Positions 34,865 to 41,433 of a stretch of 41,433 nucleotides of DNA are shown here, piece after piece (within the stretch, counting starts at the first letter, position 1; every line of letters begins with the position of its first letter). Under the pieces are notes generated by a model. That model was not told where the DNA came from. It was given only the letters and a program-made list of their open reading frames with translations, and ran no database searches. A program made the translations under genes and the position numbers. Location of the stretch: positions 41,364,758-41,406,190 of the forward strand of contig NC_068987.1 of assembly GCF_001194135.2 (NCBI RefSeq), given 5' to 3'. This stretch comes from Octopus bimaculoides (lineage: Eukaryota).

Positions 34865-37005
34865 GGTGGAACTGACCATGTAATTCCGTGCGGAGTAGCG
34901 TTTCTTCTGTCTTGTTGGCTATCCGTAATTGGAATTCATTAGCACTCTCAAGTCCATTTTTGGTAAATCCTTCTGCATTAGTAGCATACTGTAGCAGGTC
35001 TTGTTTGTTGTTTACCAAATATTCTGTCATGTTTCTTTTTTCACTGTTGATGCACTCCTGTACGCTAATCAACCTACGTCCACCTTTACATCTCTTCATG
35101 TAGCACCTGTGTACATTTGCCTTTGGGTGGCAGGTACCATAAATTGTCATTGTCTTTCGGGTAGTGCGATCGAATTGGTTCATCTCCGCTTGTGTTCATT
35201 TCAGGATAGGTGCACTGTAGTGGACTACAGCAACGGCCCATATGTTGATGGCATTCACAAGGTTCCTTGAGTTAAGTCTTGATTTCAAGAAAAGTTTGAG
35301 GCATTTCAAATATGCAGTGATAACATTGTCTTTCATTTCCTTGTGCAAGATATTGTCCATCTCCAGGATCCCAAGATACTTGTACCCATCATTATCCAGG
35401 TCTTCCATTCTCTCTCCATTTGGCAATTCTATGCCCCTACAATCTGCTCTTTCCCCCGTCTCAAAGTCAGCACAGCACACTTCGAGATACCGAATTCCAT
35501 CCGTATATCCTTGCTGCACATCTTCACAGTTTCAATCAGCCTCTCCATTTCAGGTTCTGTTTTTGCGAACAGTTTTAAATCATCCATGAAGAGAAGGTAG
35601 TTGAGACGTAGTCCATTCTTTCTCAGCTCATCGTGTGCATTGACTTTGCGTAGGACTACAGAAAGTGGAATCAAGGCTCTAACAAATAACAAAGATGTAC
35701 AAGGGTCTCTCTGGAAGACACTTCTCTTGATTGTTACCTCGGTTAAGTGCTAGTTGTTACAGAAAAGACGTGTTTCCCAACTAAACATGTTGTTCTTAAT
35801 CAGTGCACACACATTCTCAGTTACTCCACACATGTCGAGTGTTTCCAAAATCCACAAATGCAGCAACATGTCTTAAGCCTTTTTTAAAAGTCTACCCAGG
35901 CCATGCACAAGTTTTTTGGTACCTTTCATAGTTCTTCATTACAACCTTGTCTATCACAAGGTGGTCCTTGGTGCCCTTGGATCCTTCCCAGCATCCCTTT
36001 TATTCTACTGGAAGTAGATCGTATTCCGCAAGGAACGTATATATTTTCCCTGCTAGGATGTCTGTTAACACTTTCCTTAAGAGGTTAAGACAAGCAATGG
36101 TTGGTAATTGCTAACCTCATTGCCCTTTGACTGATCTTTCATCAACAATGTTGGCTTTCCATCTACAATCCACTGCGGGACTGTACCACTCTGTAGGCAA
36201 CTGTCTAATTGCAACACAATTCATTTGTGTGTTGGCCTAAACCACTTGAGCCAGTAACCTTGAATTCCATCTGATCCTGCCACTTTCCAGTTTGGCAGTT
36301 TTGATACCTGTGAAATTACATCTTCCGGTGTTATCCGCACATAGTCCTGTTGTGCGGAGACTCCGGATGATGGAGTCTGGATCTCATGGAATGAATCCAC
36401 TTAGCACCGTGGTTGTGGGAAACTTTTTGCCACCAGATGTTATTCCAAATTTGGCGAGTTTCCTCTGCTTCAGGAGGAATATTATCTTCTGTATCTCCTC
36501 CTAAGCTCTTAAAAAACTGCCTCTGTTTTGCTGGAACTGCGATATGCGATTAGTGTTGCGTTGCACCTTTAATGTTTTGCTCGCACACATTTTAGGGTCG
36601 ATAACAGTTTTGAACCCTTTCTTTTCTATTTGGTATTTTGCGTCAAGATATGCCTTTGCACCTTTTTCAGCATTTTTCTGTTGTCCTTTCGACCATTTTT
36701 CTATGCGACTCAGATCTTTACGCAAAGTTTTAATATCGCCTTCAATTCTCCGCTTTCATCATGGCTCCTTCTGTCTGTCTGCTTTCCTGTCTTTCTTTCC
36801 AACCAGCTAGTCTACTAAAATTGAAGTGGATATGATCAAGTCCCTTTTTTCCGTTAGATATTTTGTCAGAATGTATTTCAGAATTTCATCAACCTTTTGG
36901 GTCGCGCTTTTCTCATTGTTACGTTCGAAGCTTCTCAAATTCACCGGCTTGGTCTCTGTTCTTGTAACGATTCTGTCAGCTTGCCGCCTCAACAACAACA
37001 ACAAC
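34865..37005 (-). mobile_element. R4/Dong-like non-LTR retrotransposon, RT part, decayed
   Basis: LLFMDDLKLFAK, MEFGISKCAVL, YKYLGILE, INIWAVAVV and KGGRRLI motifs. Ends at LHGQFH. Confidence 0.85.
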
Positions 37006-37213
37006 AATGAACAGGTACTTATCTAGTACAGAGAACTGGATGCTGCAGTGTGTGCAAACATGAAAGCAGCAAAAAGTCGCATTCTATTGTCAAGGAGGCT
37101 TGTAAATTCGCAAGGGAACATGGCGTTAATCCTAAATTAGATAAAGAACCTGAAACCACTGCTACCTAGCAAGCTAAACGAATCAAGCAGACTGCAAAAA
37201 CGAACAGGCATAA

Positions 37214-37440
37214 AAAATTGAAGAGCTGACAGAATCGTTAGCATGCGGGGAAAAATGTTTAACGGTATTTCGTCCATCCTTACGTTCTGAGTTCAAATTT
37301 CGCCGAGGTCAACTTTGCTTTCGCCCTTTCGATATTGATGAAATAAGTACCAGTTACGCACTGCGGTCGATGTAATTGACTAGCCCTCTCCCCCAAAATT
37401 TCAGGCCTTTTGCCTATAGTAGAAAAGATTATTATTATTT
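37214..37440 (+). mobile_element. tRNA-derived SINE, near full length, (ATT)n tail
   Basis: GAGCTGACAGAATCGTTAG (A-box-like), GAGTTCAAAT (B-box-like), 3' GCCTATAGTAGAAAAG(ATT)n. Confidence 0.85.
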
Positions 37441-38400
37441 GATGAAAACTCACAGCTTATTTGGCTGGGTATGATGGAAAGTGTCAGCTATCCACAGCCA
37501 GCAGGCTAAAGTGACACTTGTTTACTGGTCATGTTTTAAGAACCTTGCGAAGAATTCTTACAGTTCCAAGCAATATTGATTTTTGTAGGTGTTCTACCTT
37601 TACATTTGTACCAATCATTTTGAGCAATGTTGGTAGTTGAGTGCTGATATTTCCAAGTGCGCCAATTACTATTGGTACCACGTCTACTCTCCTCATTGAC
37701 CGCAACCTTCGTATTTCCCATTTCAAATAGTCATAGTTCAGTTTTTATTCTTCTTTCTCTTTGATCTTGTTGTCACCGGGACATGTTATATCGATTATCA
37801 TACATGTTCTTTCTTTCTTTTATTTTTATTTTTACTACAAGAATGTCCGGTTTCCGATGTCTGGTCAGGTGACAGTACTGAATCATTGCATCCCACAAGA
37901 TTTTGCAATTTTCATTCTCGGTGATTCCTTTTGGGGTTTTCTCATCCTACGTCTTTGCTCTTTGTAGACCGTGATTTCCACAGAGATCCCAATGGATCAT
38001 TCTTGCCACATTGTCATGTCTTTTGCATTCGTGTTGTGCCAATTTTGGGCATTCGCTAACGATGTGCCATACCGTTTCACCCCTCTCACCACACATTCTG
38101 CATTTGTTGCTGTCGGTAGTGTTGTCAATTCTGCACTTCACATAGTTAGTCCTTAACATTTGTTCTTGAGCTGCACATATAAGTGCTTCTGTCCCTTTTC
38201 TAGGTCACTCCTCCTCATCCATAGCCATCGGTCTTCTGTATCTGTCTTGGCGTTCGTATCTCTTGCAAACTGACTGTACATTTTTTCTCTTTCCACGCTG
38301 TCTCTTTTTACGTGTTCTTTTCTTTAAACTTTTTCTTTCTTTACACAGTTATCAGGTTTAATGACACCGGCCTTCTTCACATGTTTCAACAATGTTTCCA
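37441..38400 (-). mobile_element. R4/Dong-like 3' fragment: CCHC + restriction-like endonuclease + 3' UTR + (TAA)n tail
   Basis: ICAAQEQ, CRMCGERGETVWHIVSEC, IIDITCPGD and VVPIVIGALG..LLGTVRILRKVL. Confidence 0.88.
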
Positions 38401-38404
38401 CGGT

Positions 38405-38423
38405 ATTTTATTATTATTTTCTT

Positions 38424-38482
<59 letters not shown>

Positions 38483-38485
38483 CAT

Positions 38486-38530
<45 letters not shown>
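38405..38530. repeat. Compound trinucleotide microsatellite (TTC)n(TTA)n(TCA)n
   Basis: Seen directly. Confidence 0.97.
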
Positions 38531-38935
38531 TTTAACTCAGATTTTGTTGAAACTCCTGGAGTATTCATGCGTAGTTGGCTTGTTGCTACTTGCAGCCTAC
38601 TGTACCATGCTATCTGTTCTTTTTAACTAATACTTACCTGATGATCCTGGCTGGACACTCTATTCCTTTTTCTTTTATATTCCTCATGATGTATTTTGAT
38701 AATGTTCCCAAGGACCCAATAAATAATTGGTGCTATCTTCACCTTCTTAATTTTCCACAATCGAGCTATCTCGTATTTAAGAGGATTGCATATGTCTACT
38801 TTTTGTCTTTCTTCTTAACTATTCGTGGGTCCAAGGGGAATGCATCATCAATTATAGAGCGCACATGGTTCACCTTATCCACTAGATCTGGCTTGTTGGG
38901 CTCAAGCACCTGGTCTGTTTGGATTAGGAAATCAT
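38530..38935 (-). mobile_element. Third R4-like restriction-like endonuclease fragment
   Basis: DFLIQTDQVLEPNKPDLV..IIDDAFPLD. Confidence 0.8.
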
Positions 38936-39135
38936 CATCATCTTCGTCGTCGTCGTCGACGTCGTCATCATCATTATGGAGTGGGAACGTTCCCAATACT
39001 AGCTTTTGTTGTTGTTATTTTTTTTGTTTTTTGTTGGATATTCATTTATCGGTTAAAACGTCATCACCGACTACTACCACGATACTTACCACCATCTCCA
39101 ACTACGCCGATGTAGATGCACATTATTTGTCTGTA

Positions 39136-39177
39136 TCCTTCTGAAGATAGGCCTTTGCGCCCGAAATATATAAAGGG
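39136..39177 (+). ncRNA. Candidate minimal type I hammerhead ribozyme (Penelope-type)
   Basis: TCCTT-CTGAAGA-TAGGCCTTTGCGCCC-GAA-ATATAT-A-AAGGG: intact CUGANGA/GAAA core, stem I, a short stem II and a palindromic stem III. Confidence 0.6.
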
Positions 39178-40479
39178 CATTTTCAGCTTTCTGCATTGGT
39201 TGAAATTTTCATTCAATATAGCTAAGGAATTAATTTATGAATGGCTAGCTGTTAGTAACATTTTAAAAACTTTTTTTAAGTGTTTTACTTCTTTTGTTAA
39301 CTCTGCTTACTACAAAAGTGTCATGCCATATCAGTACGTGCAGCATTATTATTATAAGGATAATATATGACACTATTATGAAGAGAAACATTGGCATAAT
39401 ACACCAAAACTTTCTAAACAGTTATGCTGTTAAACAAGGCAACTGCTAAGAATGTTGCAGTTAAAAGTGGATGAGAAATTGGTGGTGTTTGTGGTGAATA
39501 GATTTTTCGTATTGAATTTGGTGATGCAACATCTGAAGATCTCAGAAATATCAATATATCCAACTGTAATTCAATTAAAAAGCTGAGAATATTCATTACT
39601 TTTCGGAGCAATGTGAGCATTTAAACTGAAAGGAGAATTAAACCATAGACGGTTTCTTGACATATATATACTTCAGTAAAATTAGTACAATTCCTTTTGT
39701 GGCTTTTGTCCCTGAAATCGTTATTACGTAGGACCTTGTTAAAATAGTGAGAAGCACTTTTGAAAGAAGTCTCGTTCAAAGATCGGAAACGCTACACGTT
39801 TAATAATGTTGGGTAATAAGTTTTGTAAAATTGCTGGTGGATGTTTCGTATTCTTATGAATAGAATGCAATTTTTGCTTTAGTTCTCTACAAGTAAGAAT
39901 CTACGAGTATCAAATTTAAAATAACGACCAAAAATTTAATTACATTAAGGTTGCTATCAACCATGATCCTTAAATCAATTTGTTTAAGTAACTCTATGAA
40001 ATCTTTTTAAAATCTAAATTGTGACCGTTTTTCACTTTATACGAAATTATTGTCTTTACATTAACAATCTCGTGAGACGAGGAATCCTTTCTGTAGAAAG
40101 TTCAAAATTAAAAAAACAGTAATATCACAATTTCACATAATCCATCCTCATTGGATAAACCAATGTAAATATAAAACAACTTGCTTCTGTTCTATTAAGC
40201 CAAGAATGAGTTACCAAATAATAGAAGGATTAGCTTATTGTTGTTGCATCAGCTGCTGCTGTTGATGATGGTGAAGACGATGATTTAATTCAGGTTAGTT
40301 TCGATCGAGATAATCTATGATCATTTCAGCAGTGATCAGTCATATTTTTCTTTGTGTTTTTTTCTTTTACAGGTTTCATGTAGAGGAAGGACCTTTAAAA
40401 ACCTTTCGACCGATGAAAATTGAGGCCGTAAATATTATGCTTAAACATTTTGCAAGTCGTTAACTATCTCACATATTAA

Positions 40480-40930
40480 AACTGAAAATGTGTGTGTGTG
40501 TGTGTGTGTGTGTCGGTATGTCCCCGTTTTGTGCCAAAACGGCTCAACCGATTTTTCTTATACCTCACACACCTATTGCTTATGTGTCTGGGGAGGTTTT
40601 AAGTATGAATTGATTTTGAAAAAATGTTCAGGTAAACAGCGGAAGAATAACATTTGGGCGCAGTTGAACGGCGGGCTTAATTATTTTTAAGCTTCTAAGG
40701 GGAATAACCCATTCTCTCCTTCGTAAATTATTTGGTAAAAATGAAATTGAGTATGCTTATTTCTTAGTATTTGAACTATTTTAGTTATTTTCTCAATTTA
40801 TCCAATACAACGCTTAAACAAGTAAATATAAACTTCACACACACGCTGCTTATGTGTCTGGGGAGGTTTTAAGTATAGATTGATTTCGAAAAAATGTTCG
40901 GGAAAACGGCTGAGGAATAACATTTGCAGC
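40480..40930 (+). mobile_element. Helentron-associated (HINE/DINE-1-like) fragment with an internal ~90-bp direct repeat
   Basis: (TG)n followed by AAAACGGCTCAACCGATTTT. TGCTTATGTGTCTGGGGAGGTTTTAAGTAT block at ~40578 and ~40848. Confidence 0.5.
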
Positions 40931-41120
40931 TGACAGGCTAGGACTTCAAGGGCCCTCAAGTAAGTTTTGGTCATTAAAAGCTTTCACTTACGATCCCAGT
41001 TGCGATTACAGCAGCAGATCGGACATTACAATTGGCACAATAAGTAAGATCTGTGATTTTTGTCAGGCCAAAAAGTGGCCCAGGGAAACCACAGGCATGT
41101 GCTGCTCAAATGGTAAGATT

Positions 41121-41433
41121 TGTAGTAGCGCCTAAAATCAATCGCCATTTCCGGAGAGTTTATCCACGCATGCGCAGGGACTAGTTCCGGAAGGAATACA
41201 GGAAGAGTCTCATGCGCATGCGTAGTCATCCATATCCAAGCGTTCGCGCGTATTTCGATCTCTTTGCTCGCTGACCTTCGTGGAGGCTAGACGTTGCAAT
41301 GGCAGCTCTCTGACAACCCAACACTGGAGCTACACAGATAACCAGAGAGTAGGAAAACGATTTCTAACCACGCAACGTCATTGACGGCGTCTCATCTAAC
41401 CAAAGGGCGACGTGCTGCCGAATTCCCTCCTAG
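41121..41433 (+). mobile_element. LTR homologous to 25202-25594, truncated by the window end
   Basis: TGTAG start. Shared TTCCGGAAGGAATACAG..GAGTCTCATGCGCATGCGTAGTCATC and CATTGACGGCGTCTCA blocks. Confidence 0.8.

Noticed and set aside
25202-41433. A single ~16-kb LTR retrotransposon bounded by the two related LTRs and containing the Gypsy core
   Set aside because: The first LTR has its own ACAG TSD on both sides (solo LTR), the two LTRs are clearly diverged with an indel, and the interval is filled with unrelated elements.

Overview
AT-rich eukaryotic (animal) DNA dominated by repeats. The repeat families and (TA)n/(CA)n/(ATT)n/(GAT)n microsatellites look like an octopus/cephalopod genome (inferred, not verified). 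There is one host gene: the 5' part of translation initiation factor eIF2B epsilon (EIF2B5) on the minus strand. Three coding exons are visible (22364-22483, 16912-17036, 13168-13350); exon 4 onward is not in the visible sequence. The rest is decayed and nested mobile DNA: RTE, CR1 and R4/Dong-like LINEs, tRNA-derived SINEs, a piggyBac with a matching MITE, a Sola2-like transposon, a Mutator-like foldback carrying degenerate telomeric repeats, a CsRn1-type Gypsy internal region, two related LTRs and Helentron-like fragments. There are three N gaps. The most notable items are candidate minimal hammerhead ribozymes (one with a canonical core at 39136-39177, and a three-copy family with a variant core inside EIF2B5 introns) and the telomere-repeat-carrying foldback element upstream of the gene. 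All coordinates and alignments were read by eye; boundaries of decayed elements are approximate.
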